In this document: positions 1 to 14,954 of the stretch, one piece after another
Numbering within the stretch: the stretch's first letter is position 1
Layout of the letters: the number at the start of each line of letters is the position of its first letter
From: Eledone cirrhosa
Taxonomy: Eukaryota
Direction: 5' to 3'
DNA length: 64,000 nt
Assembly (NCBI GenBank): GCA_964016885.1
Contig: OZ024749.1
Span: 46,252,001-46,316,000 of the forward strand
Made by a program: the position numbers and the translations under genes
The notes under the pieces: generated by a model
Seen by the model: only the letters and a program-made list of their open reading frames with translations
Databases searched by the model: none
Told to the model about the DNA's origin: nothing

Positions 1-242
1 CATAATTATCCATGGAAAGTGGAACGAGAAGAACATATATGAAATTACACTGAAGAAACACGGACAGTAAGAAAGAAGAAATGATAAAGAATAAACAGAA
101 ACAGTGAAAGGAATAGAAAATGCATAACAAAAATGTTTTTTAAAAAAATCCCTGGATTTCAGTCTCGGCGGGAGATGGATAACAGCTCATGTCTTTGCAT
201 ACTCCGAATCTATTAATAACATCGCTTGCAACATATATATAT

Positions 243-289
<47 letters not shown>

Positions 290-1100
290 TGTCTGTGTCT
301 GTTTGTTTGTGTATACGTGTGTTGTGTGTTGTGTGTGTGTGAGAGAGAGTGTATGTGTGTGATAGTTTAATTTGATGGGGATATAAAGGCTTCATTAAAT
401 TATTAACCTCTCAATCCCCACAGTTATTAACATTATGGAGGTCTTCATCATATCATAATCACCAACAACATTATCATCAGCATCATCAGTAGGATACCAC
501 CATTATCAGCATTATTATTATCGTTGTCATCATTTCCCTCATCACCATTTCTTTTTTGTTTTAGGATTTTCTTTATTTTTCTGAAAGTATCAGAAAATAA
601 GTTTTTTCACATCGACTTCCGGTATCTCTCCCTCTTTATCACATATTTTGGTAACTTTATTATATTTTTATATTTTACCCGCCTTTCTAACAGACATGGT
701 TTTATTCCTTATCTGCTCGATTTTATTTGTTACGTTTGTTTTATTTTATTTTTATTTTCATTTATTTATTTTTGTATTTTTGGGGGTTTTGTTTTTCTGT
801 TGGTCTCGTTTATTGTTTTATCATTTCGTGCAAAAATAAAGATCTAAGAATTTATCTCCCTTTACTGATCGTTAATGGAGCGGCAAAGAATAACTGAAGA
901 TGAGACGTTAATTTTATTCCGAATGTAGACGTAGTGACATAAAATAAATAAAGAAAGAAATACATATAGAAATGAATAAATACGTATTAACTATAAAACA
1001 AAGGGAAATAAATATGGTTTCTTAAAGCAATGACAATAAACAACAAAGAAATACTATGCTGCCAATGATATTTGTCGTGTGCACGCAAGCACGCCTATAT

Positions 1101-1149
<49 letters not shown>

Positions 1150-1168
1150 TATAAATATATATAAATAT

Positions 1169-1273
<105 letters not shown>

Positions 1274-1306
1274 TATAAATATATATAAATATATATATAT
1301 ATATAA

Positions 1307-1340
<34 letters not shown>

Positions 1341-1361
1341 TTATATATATGTATGTGTGTC

Positions 1362-1398
<37 letters not shown>

Positions 1399-2309
1399 AT
1401 GTATGTATGTATATATATATATATATATTCCAAATAGGGGGCGCATCAGACAAAGACAATGGAAAAAACAACGAAAAGACGGACAGTCCTATCTCCTTAG
1501 TCACCCTCTGAAAACCATTACGGTTTTACGATTAATTTCAAAATTATCGCATGCATGTAGTCATACTCACCACCAGATTGAGCATCCAGATACATGAAGG
1601 ACCCACATGAATTCACCAGTATTAAAGCTCTTGAATATTTACACTATTTGGTCTTTCTACTACGGCCTGGACACTTTCTATCTTACTTTTATCATTACAT
1701 ATAACATCTTCGGCTGGCGGAATATAGTAGATTTAGATCTACCCAATAATGTATATGGTGCATATTTCAAAAATATATAAATGTTGATAGTCAACGTTAA
1801 CTTTAATGAAATATATTCGCATATTCCAAAGGGCTATAAATCTATTTCTTTGATAATCTTGTTAGGCTCTCTACGACTTCATTTACTTTGTAATAAATAT
1901 TTCTAACAGAGTCAAAACTAGAGCAGAAAAGAGAGATCGAAAGAGTGATGTGTGATGGGGAGAGTAAGGGAAATAGAGAATATGATTATATTTATGTGTA
2001 CTTAATAACTTTCGTCACTTAGTCATGAAAAGCACGAAGAAAAAGAAAATATTAGCGTCAAAATTGACGTAGTTCAGCCTTTAGTTATTAACTCATGTTA
2101 CCTATTAATTTATTAACTATTTCCACTGGACTCGTTCTCATGTTAGAAACCCCCAGGTAGTCTTTATACGGAAACTTGAGACATCACTTTTTTTAACACG
2201 CTAACATCAACTAATAATCCTTTATGAATTGTAAAAGCGCTAAAAGCAAAAATTCTATGTAAAAATAAATAAACTACAAACTGAAAAGTTTACACCATTG
2301 TATTATATT

Positions 2310-2500
2310 GGGCGGTGGATTGGCAGTATCGGTAGAGGGTCGGACGCCATGCTTTCCAGCATAGTTACGTCGCTTTACGATCTGAGTTCAAATCCGGCCG
2401 AGGTTGACTTTGCCTTTCATCCTTACGGGGTCGATAAAATAAAGTACCAGTAATGCACTGGGTAATTGCTGGCCTTGTGCCTAAAGTAGAAACAATTATA
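2310..2500 (+). mobile_element. tRNA-type SINE, full length (~190 bp; octopus-type family with gcctttcatccttacggggtcgataaaataaagtaccagt core)
   Basis: A-box-like tggcagtatcgg, B-box gagttcaaatcc, conserved central domain, tail gtagaaacaattat; ~20 copies in the window. Confidence 0.9.
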
Positions 2501-2736
2501 TTATGGTTACTCGTATACATTCGATGCAGAATTTTTTTTTTTTGTTATTGTGTATGCGTATCTGTTTTAAAATGTGATTCTTATGTTGTTGTCACTTATA
2601 ACTTTTCCTTTAAAAAGAACTTTGTGGGGGTGGGGGGTGTATGGTGGGGGGGGGGGTATTCTTGCAGTGTATTTTTTACGTTGCATATTGATATTTCGGT
2701 TTGTTATTTACTATATATATATATAGTTCACTAAGC

Positions 2737-2814
<78 letters not shown>

Positions 2815-2997
2815 ATATACACACTTATATCTATCTATCTAACTATATATATATATAAGTAGATAGAAAGGATATTTAATTTGTTGGAAATTCATCAAAT
2901 ATAAATGTTTATAACTGATTCAGAGCACTCGACAGTTTCCTGGAGTTAATATTCAATGATATTAAATAAATGGAAACTATATTTATAAAACCATATT

Positions 2998-3059
2998 TAT
3001 TCTATTATATATATTTCAAGGGTACCACAAACTTTGGGACGCTTTCATCAGATAAAATA
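2998..3059 (-). ncRNA. Minimal type I hammerhead ribozyme (left arm of palindrome, more decayed stem II)
   Basis: Minus strand: tattttat-CTGATGA-aagcgtcccaaagtttgtggtaccctt-GAAA-tatata-TA-atagaata. Palindromic tatata in stem III; stem II has mismatches. Confidence 0.7.
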
Positions 3060-3178
3060 CAAAGTGTGTTTTATAAATGTTGACATAGCCAAGGAAACAT
3101 ACCTTATCAGTTGAATTTCCCTTGGATAGTCAAGGGAAATTCAACTTGGCTATGTCAAAATTTATAAAACACACTTTG

Positions 3179-3240
3179 TATTTTATCTGATGAAAGCGTC
3201 CAAAAGTTTTTGGTACGCTTGAAATACATATAATAGAATA
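3179..3240 (+). ncRNA. Minimal type I hammerhead ribozyme (right arm of palindrome 2955-3282)
   Basis: tattttat-CTGATGA-[aagcgt ccaaa agtt tttgg t acgctt]-GAAA-tacata-TA-atagaata. Stem I is 8 bp (one G-U), stem II 11 bp with a 1-nt bulge, stem III minimal. Predicted cleavage after AUA at 3232. Confidence 0.8.
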
Positions 3241-3278
3241 ACATGGTTTTATAAATATAGTTTCCATTTATTTAATAT

Positions 3279-3339
<61 letters not shown>

Positions 3340-3764
3340 GATCATTAGTTATTGCAATAGATTAAAAACAAAACTCTAATACATATATGTGAGTGTGTGT
3401 CTATTAACTAAAAAAAGAATGAAGTGCAACATAGTCTATTAAAATGTTATCAGATCAAAAGGCTTCTACATGTTAAAACACTCATTCTGATCTACATGAA
3501 CTGTTTTCCTGAAAGTATGTGATTAACATATCATCGCGGCTTTTCACAAAATCATAATGATTTATTTCATGGAGAATTAAAAATGTTTTGTTCTTTTCTT
3601 TATATTCTACGCTGAACATGCTTTTTATGTTATATCATTTTCTTTTTCATAAAGAAATGAACTTAAGATGTTTGCTGTACCATCTTACAATTGTACCTAT
3701 TGACATTGTTTTACGTGCTCTAGAGTGAATATTTATACACACAGACACACATATATTTATGTGC

Positions 3765-3823
<59 letters not shown>

Positions 3824-4386
3824 TGTATATACATATATATATATATATACATACATATATATATACATACATATATGTATATATATATATATATACATAT
3901 AAATATATATATATATACATATATGTATATATATATATATATACATACATATATGTAAATATATATATATATATATTTAAATAGATGTATGTGTGTGTGT
4001 GTGTGTATCTATAAAAATGTATATATAAATGTATATATATATATATATATATATGTGTGTATATATATTTATATTCATATATATATGTGTGTGTGTGTTT
4101 AAGCATGTATATACGCATATGTATGTGTATATATAAATTTGCATGCACCTGATATAAAATCTTTTTTCTAATTAAGTTTCAGTATGGATCGATATTAGTA
4201 AGTACATGGTAGAAATCATATCTGTGGACAGATGTGTAAAACATGGTGTCAGCATTATTCCTTCTGTGTTTTCCCTGTATTTTCATGATTTTAGCTATCG
4301 TAGTTTTTTGCCGGGTGATATGTGCATATATACATATATATACTCATCCATCTGCCTATCTATCTCTCCATTTCTCTCCCTCACTT

Positions 4387-4455
<69 letters not shown>

Positions 4456-5342
4456 ATATATATATATATTTATATACATAACTATATATATTTCTTTTCG
4501 TTATTTATATATATATATATATATATTCATTTATTTTCCTTATATATATATATGTATATATATGGGGGGGGGGGTACGGGTATGCGTGTGCGTGCATGTG
4601 TAGATATTTATAGAGCGAAAGTTTGAAAAAGGGACCTACATATGTTTTTTTAAAGTAAATCTAACTTTTGTTTGTGTGTGCATTAACGTGTTCTTATTAT
4701 TTTCATCATTGAATGTCATTTCTTTACTCACGTAATAAATGAATAGCATGTTTTAAAAGACATACATACACGTGTGTGTCTATGTAATTCTTTTCGGTTT
4801 CATATGACTTTTTACCTGTTTGTGTGTATATAGTTCTCGAAGTTTCTATTTCGTTCTGTGTTTGTGTTTATAAGCGTATGTCCATCTCTCTGTCCATCTG
4901 TTCGTCTGAATGTCTGTCTTTGTCTCTGTGCCTATTGATGTACCATAGCAACTGACCAGAGTGTAAAAGAATGATTGGCATTCATACAACTCTTTTTGAT
5001 GTCATTGGCCAACATGAAAGAAATGATAGATGTTTTAGTGTGCTTGTAATACAAATGGTTGTTTTCAGTTGTTCGCAAGTCAAACAATGGTGGAATACTT
5101 CCAGCACACGTAACTGTTGATTTAATTGTGTACAAATATGAATATACACATGTATGTAATGTGTGTGTATTAGTATGTATGCATTCATTGATCTATGTAT
5201 TATAGAGTTGTGTGAATATATATATACGTATGTATGTATGTATATATATATTTATGTATATATATATATGTATATATATATATTCTTACGTATATATATA
5301 TATATATATACATATATATATTATATGTATATATATATATAT

Positions 5343-5443
<101 letters not shown>

Positions 5444-5535
5444 ATATATATGCATATATATATATATATGTGTATGTGTGTATATATGTATGTATGTACG
5501 CACACACGCATGTATGTATATCTATATCTATGTAA

Positions 5536-5594
<59 letters not shown>

Positions 5595-5862
5595 TATATA
5601 AATATATATATATGGAGAGAGAGTTGTGTGTGTATGTGCATTTCTGTGTGGTGTGTATCTGTGTAATCATGTATAGATACATATATCGCTTGATGAACAG
5701 ATCGATAGTCTGACAGACAGACTGAGAAATGGATACAAAATGCTAAATAAATAAAACTATTAGAAATAGCGAAAAGAAGTTTACTCCACGCATGATAAGA
5801 TACCTGGCAGTGGTTGATTTAACATAATATAACACAGCCACCTCTACTGTAAGTAAGGAATG

Positions 5863-5911
<49 letters not shown>

Positions 5912-6438
5912 ACCAAATTAGTGATATTTACTGAACAATATCAGGTGGGACTATTTTGCCAGGTGGTGCTATTAAGTTAGACATAGCCTGGGCCAATACT
6001 GGCCGAAACCTATTAAAGTTCTCAAAGTTTAATAACAAGGAGATTCATTTCAGAGGAACAAAAATAAAAATAAACATACTCTGTATGTATGTTGGTATAT
6101 GTTCATTTATGTGAGTGTATGTGTGTGTATTTGTGTGTGTGTTTAGTTGTTTAGTGATATATAGGTAATAGATATGTTGTACGTATATGATAAAAAGGAT
6201 ATGTTAAATTATTAGGATAAAGAAAGAAAAATTACTATAGTAATGCTTTATAAAATGGCGAATACGATCTTCACTTCTAACTTCGAAACCGTAACCACAC
6301 ATTCTGTTCCACACCTGCACACAAAGACAAACACACACAAAGACACACACACATACACACACACATACACACACACGCACACACACACACACATATACAT
6401 ATATATATGTATATATATATATATATATATACATATAA

Positions 6439-6496
<58 letters not shown>

Positions 6497-6522
6497 TTAT
6501 GTATATATGTATATATATATAC

Positions 6523-6574
<52 letters not shown>

Positions 6575-7096
6575 TCATTTTACGTTCGCTTCTCCCTGCT
6601 TGCATACACACACACACACACGTACACTCCAAAATACTTATATTTGAAGCTCCCTTTCTCCCCCCCCCCCTCCCCGCCTTCTCTTTATCTCAAATATGAT
6701 ATTTTAATCTATATTTACACGATATTTATTGAATTGCTACTTTTCTTTTAATCTTGAGTGATAATAAGACGTTTACTTAAGATAACAAGCCAATTAATCT
6801 CCATATATAAATATTATATATTATATGAATATGGATGTTATATGAATAGGTTTATTCTTCCATCTCGTAAGTGCCGGCTAAAATGTTCAAGCAAAGAAAG
6901 GCATTTGACAATACATCATAGTCTCAAAAACGGCCCATGGGTAATCGCAACATTAACCCTTACGCTAAAGGGAAACTGCCCTTAAACCGCTTGAAGATTA
7001 AATCTTTTTATTTTGATGCCTTGTGGTCCGCTTCATTGTCAGTTTTCTTGTTTAGTCCAGCATCCGCTCTGTACCCATATTGAAGGCATTATCGCA

Positions 7097-7260
7097 ATCG
7101 GTAGAGGGTCGGACGCCATGCTTTGCAGCATGGAGTTATGATGTGAGTTCAAATCCCGCCGAGGTTAACTTTGCCTTTCATCCTTACGGGGTCGATAATA
7201 TAAAGTACCAGTAAGGCACTGGGATAATTCCTGGCCTTGTGCTTATATAAGAAACCATTA
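7097..7260 (+). mobile_element. SINE copy with 13-bp TSD cattatcgcaatc
   Basis: Same consensus; direct repeats at 7087-7099 and 7256-7268. Confidence 0.9.
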
Positions 7261-7290
7261 TCGCAATCTCTTCATTTCAGATTATTAGAC

Positions 7291-7475
7291 ATTGGCAGTA
7301 TCGCTAGAAGGTCGAACGCCATGCTTTGCAACATATAGTTAAGGCCCTTTATGATCTGAGTTCAAATCCCGCCGAGGTTAACTTTGCCTTTCATCCTTAT
7401 GGCGTCGATAAAATTAAGTACCAGTAATACACTGGAATAATTGCTGGCTCTGTGCCAAAAGTAGAAACAATTATT
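7291..7475 (+). mobile_element. SINE copy with 10-bp TSD attattagac
   Basis: Direct repeats at 7281-7290 and 7470-7479. Confidence 0.9.
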
Positions 7476-8422
7476 AGACTGTATCATAATAATTGCTATT
7501 TTTCACAAGATGTGTGACCTCGTCGAGTCGTGATTTTATATATGTCTGTGTTTATGTTTCTGTTTTTATATATGTCTATGTTTATGTTCTTGGGTGTGTA
7601 CGAAGTGGGTTCCTTCCTTAAAAGACGTAGTAGTGTCCATTAATGAAGTGAAATTACTTTGACTGGTACACGAAACAGCTACGCTGTACAAGTTTCTTCA
7701 CTCGGCTGTACGATGCTTGCGAAGACGTTGAGTTTTAATTAACTTCCGTCCTCATCGTCTAATATAGTCCCATGTTGGCCGTAAATAGCCAATAGTTAAT
7801 GTAGTGTAAATAAAGCAACTGTGAGGTGGGAGCGGCTGTCATGTTGTCAGTGAGTGAGTGCGTAAAATGTTGTGAGAAGTAGTGAGTACGAGGGTTAGTA
7901 AGAGGATAGATATGTGTAAAAATAAGTGCGTGAAAGTGAGTAGATGTCTGGCTAAGTGAGTGAGTAACTGAGTGGGTGAGTGTGGTTGAGAGATGAGATC
8001 TCTATGCAATTGTGGAGCAGCAATTGTAGAGATGGAGTGGTCAAGATATAGAGAATTAAACTCTGCTAGTTCTACGGGTTAGAAGGCCTGTCCTAATATG
8101 AACAGAGAGTTCATATATATATATATATATATGTGTGTGATTGTGAAGGAGAGTGAATGAGTAGGTGTAGGTGGGTTTGTTTGTATGTGTACGTGTGTAT
8201 GTTTGCATGTGTGTGTTTATGTACGCTTGTTTGACTGTGCGGTTTTGTTCTTAACGGTTACAGACATGATGACTTTCGCTATATACGAGTATTCAGGATG
8301 GTGTCTATGGGTGTAAATATATGCTCGTGGTTGCTATGGTTTCTGATATTGTAGATGGACGATATGTGTGCTTGTATGTATGTATGTACGTGGGTTTGTA
8401 TATATGTATGTATGCATGTATT

Positions 8423-8477
<55 letters not shown>

Positions 8478-8500
8478 TTGTGTGTATATATATATATATA

Positions 8501-8624
<124 letters not shown>

Positions 8625-8658
8625 AGATATATATATAGAGAGAGAGACATATACATAC

Positions 8659-8698
<40 letters not shown>

Positions 8699-8889
8699 AT
8701 AAATCTACCAAGAGTTTACGGTAGTGTCCAATCCGTATGAAGAACTCAATGTATTCCGGATATCATGGAAAGAAGAGATGTAATGAAAAATCACTTTCGG
8801 TGAAAGATAAACGGAATACAGAGTCAAGATAAAAACTTTTTTTGTTTAATATAAGGAACTGTTTCATTGTTTTATTCATTATTTGTTTA

Positions 8890-9012
<123 letters not shown>

Positions 9013-9278
9013 GTATTTATATATCTATCTATGTACGTACATGCGTACCTACATATGTACATATGCATGTATATATTTAGATGTGAGGCGGTGTGTATTG
9101 ATTTCTATCGTGTAGATATCAATTATCAAACACGGATTTTCTTACCCATATACTTAATACTACGTTCTCTTAAAGAGATAAAGTGAATAGTATTTTGGTT
9201 GAAGATGAAACAGTACCATTGATCACTGATCACATGGGATGAGAACTTAAAATATATGGACTCATGATTTGGCATTCG

Positions 9279-9522
<244 letters not shown>

Positions 9523-9544
9523 TCAAATGTGTATATAAGAGGCT

Positions 9545-9724
<180 letters not shown>

Positions 9725-10248
9725 TATATATATATATTCATACAGACATATATATATATATATATATATATATACAACATACGTACACAAATATATGCAT
9801 GTACACACACACATGCCTCCATACAATATGTCATATATTCATATATATATATACATATATACACATATATACCTTCGCATTTATATATAAGTGTATATAT
9901 ATATATGTGTGTGAGTTTATGTATGTATTTATAAATATGTAGAAATATAAATTATGCATACACACAAACAACATATATCCCAACATATGCAGACAGATAT
10001 ATGCAAAACAGCCATAAACATACACAAACATACGTGCCTAAAGACGAATATATACATACACATTCACACATGAATTCACAAGACGGTACAAGTACATACA
10101 CGTGCAATCACACAAGCATACAATTCAACAGAGACACATCCACACATGAGCATGCACAAATGAACATCAACCACCGTTATATATCCCCTACAGACTTCAA
10201 AATAGTGTATTTTGCCTCAATTGACATACACATATCAACACATATACG

Positions 10249-10283
<35 letters not shown>

Positions 10284-10674
10284 TTACACATTCACGAGCA
10301 CTCAAATATTGAGACTCAAATATATACACACAAACATACACATTTATACACTCACAAACATTATGCATTCACAAACACACACAGAGACTCACATCTATAC
10401 ATACATACGTATATCCACATCGATGCACTACATGCGTACGCATTCACAAACAAACACACACATACATATGGAGACTCACATCTATACATACATATATATA
10501 CTCATTGATACACTATATACTTACACATTCACAAAGAAACAATCTCACACACACACACATATGGAAACTCACATGTATACAGAAAGATATATATATATAT
10601 ACATCGTTACACTATATAGACTTACACGTTCACAAACAAACAAACACACAAAAATAGAAACTCACATATATGCA

Positions 10675-10735
<61 letters not shown>

Positions 10736-10928
10736 AGTACAGTGAATTTTTTAAAATTTTATTTTAAGCATATTTTCTATATTTTCATTCCCTTGATTTT
10801 ATATATATATATATATATATATGTAAACGGAAAAAATGAAACGAAATTTCATTTCCCACTGATAGTACGGCTGTTACTTAAATATAAGTATGTACACGTA
10901 CACGTATATATGTATGTACGTGTACATA

Positions 10929-11037
<109 letters not shown>

Positions 11038-11116
11038 CATCGTTACACTATTGACTTACACATTCAGAAATAAACACACACATACAAATATACAGACTTT
11101 TATACAGACACACACA

Positions 11117-11180
<64 letters not shown>

Positions 11181-11194
11181 GATACACGATATAC

Positions 11195-11234
<40 letters not shown>

Positions 11235-11609
11235 CTATAGACACTCAGTTTTATACATACATATATACACATTGATACACTATATACGTGAAGCACCCAA
11301 CTGTCTATATTTAATATAGGGGTCAATCAATACGGAGGGGATACGCTTGGGTTGACATTAACCTATTCCTGTCGTTAGTGAGGGTAATTTATGCTCGGCA
11401 TCGTTGCTGTCATCATCATCATTTTTGTCATCATCATAATCAACATCAACATCTTTATAATCACCAACAAATCGTTAAGATCATTAATATTGTTATTATT
11501 TCCTTGCATTTCGTATCTGTATTACTATTATTAAATTAATGTTTTTGTCACTGCTGTTTTTGTATATGTGTGGTTGTTGTTATTATTATTATTGTTATAA
11601 AATTATTAA

Positions 11610-11651
<42 letters not shown>

Positions 11652-11719
11652 CATTATCATCGGTATAATTATTATTTTATTTTCCTAGCAGAACAATAAA
11701 GATGGGTACCAACAGCGGG

Positions 11720-12850
11720 TTTAAAAATCGAAGAAAAATCTAGTCAACCGATTAAAACATGCGGACCGAAAAGGCATCGCTTAAAAACGGTGTTGCGACG
11801 AGAATATAGTGGCATTGAACATATTATCGAATGGAAGCATGTGGGAAGCTCTCTTCCTGCTATGCTGCTTGCTCTAAACATCGAGGGAACGAACTTCGTT
11901 GTATATGCATGAATAACCGAGGACCGAGGCCACACTTTGATATTTAGTCGACCGAAGCGTGTTTCATATGAAGATTCGAAAGAGAAAGTGTGCGACAGCA
12001 GGCTTTACGGATGAAACTTCTGTAATTATTCTCAACGGTGACGGTAGTGAAAACGTGTGGGAGCTTTGTAAAAACACTGCTTGTAAAATTGACCTGGCTC
12101 CAGTCCTGTTTCGTGACTAGATTGAGTCTGGCTTTTGGTACGTCTATTTTTTTTCCATTTTCCATGCATGTTTAGTACACTACCAGACTGATTATTCGGT
12201 TAGCTTGACGTCGTATCTCGCATTGTACATTAGGCTAAATGAGTATCTGGGTGATAATTGCTTTGGGTTGATTCGAAGGTTTGAAGTATATTGGCAGAGT
12301 ACTCTCTTCTGGGTGATTTTCAGATCAAATATTTATTGAACCTAAACAAAATTTCTTATCCAAGCAGTAATATAAAAGGACACTGACTTATTAAGATAAG
12401 TTCTACAGCCATAGCGACATTGCCAGCAAACAAAAGTGTTTAAGATGCACATATACTGACGAAACCCACTGGCATGCATTTGATCAGTGTCATGCATTTC
12501 AGTTTTGTGTAATTGCGACACATATATGTTACAATATGCTGAGTGGGTCCGTCTATCAGTCAAATATATCATGAAGATGAAACCACATCTCCACTTCTGA
12601 ACAGCGTGTAGTCTCCCATTCAGTGACGACAATTCAAAGATAAAAACTAGTGTATATGGCTATGCCAATGTTTTATGGTGGATGTGTTGAAGCACTTAGA
12701 AAATAGGCGTGTATGTATTTGGATAATCGTTCATCAAATTTATAAAATATGAGGTGGAAAATGAAGGTAGTGGGGGTATATTGTCCCTCAATTACATTTC
12801 ATGAAAGCTTGGTGGGAGTTGTCAGCGTAAGAGGGTTCATTTTAACTATG
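11720..12850 (-). pseudogene. Heavily decayed RTE-clade LINE reverse transcriptase fragment
   Basis: Colinear remnants on the minus strand: SFHEM (~SFHDGM), LNGRLHAVQK..FMIYLTD (~LFNLRRL.AKTK..LLFADD), LHKTEM (~LKKTEV), FRASSI..RCLFGPHV (~RA..SI..LRW.GHV). Many stops and frameshifts. Confidence 0.5.
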
Positions 12851-13015
12851 CTTTTGTAGGCTGAGAGTAAGAAATGGGTACGTTATTTGCCTTAGTTTAT
12901 CAGACTAAACACAGTTTATGTGTTATATTCTCTGAATCATGTATATATAGTCTCCTCCATTCCTGAAATATTTTTTCCTATTTTCTATCTTGATTTATAC
13001 TACTAGTTCTATTCA

Positions 13016-13148
13016 TAATTGTTTCTAATGTTGGCACAAAGCCAGCAAATACCCAGTGCATTACTGGTACTTTATTTTATCGACCCCGTAAGGATGAAAG
13101 GCAAAGTTAACCTCAGCAGGATTTGAACACAGACCTGACGAGTTCTAC
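13016..13148 (-). mobile_element. Truncated SINE copy with 21-bp TSD ctactagttctattcataatt
   Basis: Direct repeats at 13000-13020 and 13145-13165. Confidence 0.85.
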
Positions 13149-13246
13149 TAGTTCTATTCATAATTCCTCCTAATCATTGTCGGTTATATACTTCCAAGTG
13201 CATGGCGAAAACCTAGAAGCCGGTGTCTACTTTTCTTACCTAGATG

Positions 13247-13309
<63 letters not shown>

Positions 13310-13360
13310 TATATATATATAGATATATATATAGATAGATAGATAGATATATACACACAT

Positions 13361-13409
<49 letters not shown>

Positions 13410-13861
13410 CATGCATACATATATACATATATTCATGGGTGTGTGTCTCATATAGGTTCAGTCATTCTTTCATATTTTCTTTTCCCTCACTATTTTCTTT
13501 TTATCCTCGATCTAGAGGAAGGAGGTTCCCAACACCACCTCTTCACATCTTCTTTACCCAGCCCCCACTCAATGTGAAAGAGTGGAGGCTGTCCAAGCTT
13601 CCGCTCAATGATTTCCATCAGTCAGCAATAAACACCATTATGACAATGGCTTCGTTGTATATTAAAACAAGGAATGATGGGTAATAAAATGATAGAAAAC
13701 AATAAATAAAATAATGCAGTATTCTTTATTTATATATTTTTCTCTTTATTGATTGATTTCTTTACTTCAGTGCATGTTCCCTTTTACTTGATTCCATTTC
13801 TTTTTTTTTTAAACTAGTCCTTGTTCCATGTCCCCGGTGCTACTGACAACTACCATTTACC

Positions 13862-14078
13862 ATAATGGCTTCTGATTTAGACACAAGGCCAGCAATTTTG
13901 GGGGTTGAGGGTAAAGTCGATTAAATCGACACCAGTGTGTTACTGGTACTTTATTTTATCGACTCCGTAAGAATGAAAGGCAAAGCTAAATTCTGCTGGA
14001 TTTTATCTCAGAACGTAAAGGATCTTAGGTTTATGCCGGGGAACATGTTGGCCGGCGCTCTACCAATACTGCCAATCC
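13862..14078 (-). mobile_element. Older, longer SINE variant (extra gggtaaagtcgattaaatcgac segment)
   Basis: Reverse complement of the family consensus with an additional 3' module. Confidence 0.8.
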
Positions 14079-14354
14079 AGTCATAACTCCCACCACCTAC
14101 TATACTAACAACGAAGACCAAATATGAAAGCTTCTATATGGTTGCCCGATCTGCTTGAAAAAAAAGCATTAAAATCTTATTCTTACGTCTTAGAAAAAGG
14201 GAAATTTGGATCATGCAGTTCTGCTTTTCCTACACATAGGAAAACATGATTGTGTGTTTGTACTAGAAAACCTTTGATCATATATATATTTGATTATTGT
14301 TGAAGTGAGACTAAACAACAAGAAAAATAATTATGATAATAATAATAATAATAA

Positions 14355-14548
14355 TAATTGTTTCAACTTTTAGTACGTACAATTGTCGGCAATTTGAAGG
14401 GAAGGGGAAAGTCGACTAAATAGACCCCAGAGTTTTACTGGTACTCCCTATTATCAATCCCGTCGTGTATAAATTCAGAAAGTAAAGGGCTGTAACCCTA
14501 TGCTAAAATGCCTGATGTCCGATGATCTACCGATACTACCAAACTACC
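14355..14548 (-). mobile_element. Degenerate long-variant SINE
   Basis: aagtcgactaaatagaccccag..tactggtact...ctaccgatactacc. Confidence 0.6.
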
Positions 14549-14728
14549 ACTCTCAATTTACTTATACTACTACTACTAACGATATTAATAAAAACAACAA
14601 TAATACAAATCCGTTATTATAGAAGAAAAGTACCAGTAAGAAAAGGGGTCAGCCATCATGATCAGATCATCTAAATTACAGTAAATATAACTGCCACTAC
14701 AACACCCTAACCTCGCAACTACTGATAT

Positions 14729-14920
14729 ATAATTGGTTCTACTTTTGGCACAAGGCCAGCAATTATCCCAGTACATTACTGGTACTTTATTTTATCGACC
14801 CCGTAAGGATGAAAGGCAAAGTTAACCTCGGCGGGATTTGAACTCAGATCATAAAGGGAGGTAACTCTATGCTTCAAAGCATGGCGTCCGACCCTTACCG
14901 ATACTGCCAATCCACCGCCC
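14729..14920 (-). mobile_element. Full-length SINE
   Basis: Reverse complement of the consensus; flanked by imperfect ctact..gatatata repeats. Confidence 0.9.
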
Positions 14921-14954
14921 TACTATTGATATATATTGGCAATTAAATTGTCAT

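Larger units (their letters stand above)
2955..3282. repeat. Long inverted repeat (~155-bp arms, 6-nt loop, ~17-nt insertion in left arm) ending in (TA)n
   Basis: aatgatattaaataaatggaaac...gttgaatttcccttg gatagt caagggaaattcaac...gtttccatttatttaatatcatt, then tatata. Confidence 0.95.

Noticed and set aside
2310-2400. tRNA gene
   Set aside because: A/B boxes are present but there is no cloverleaf; it is the head of a multi-copy SINE.
7665-7730. GAAA-cagc tac gctg-TA hammerhead-like stem III
   Set aside because: No CUGANGA with compatible stems I and II in any topology.
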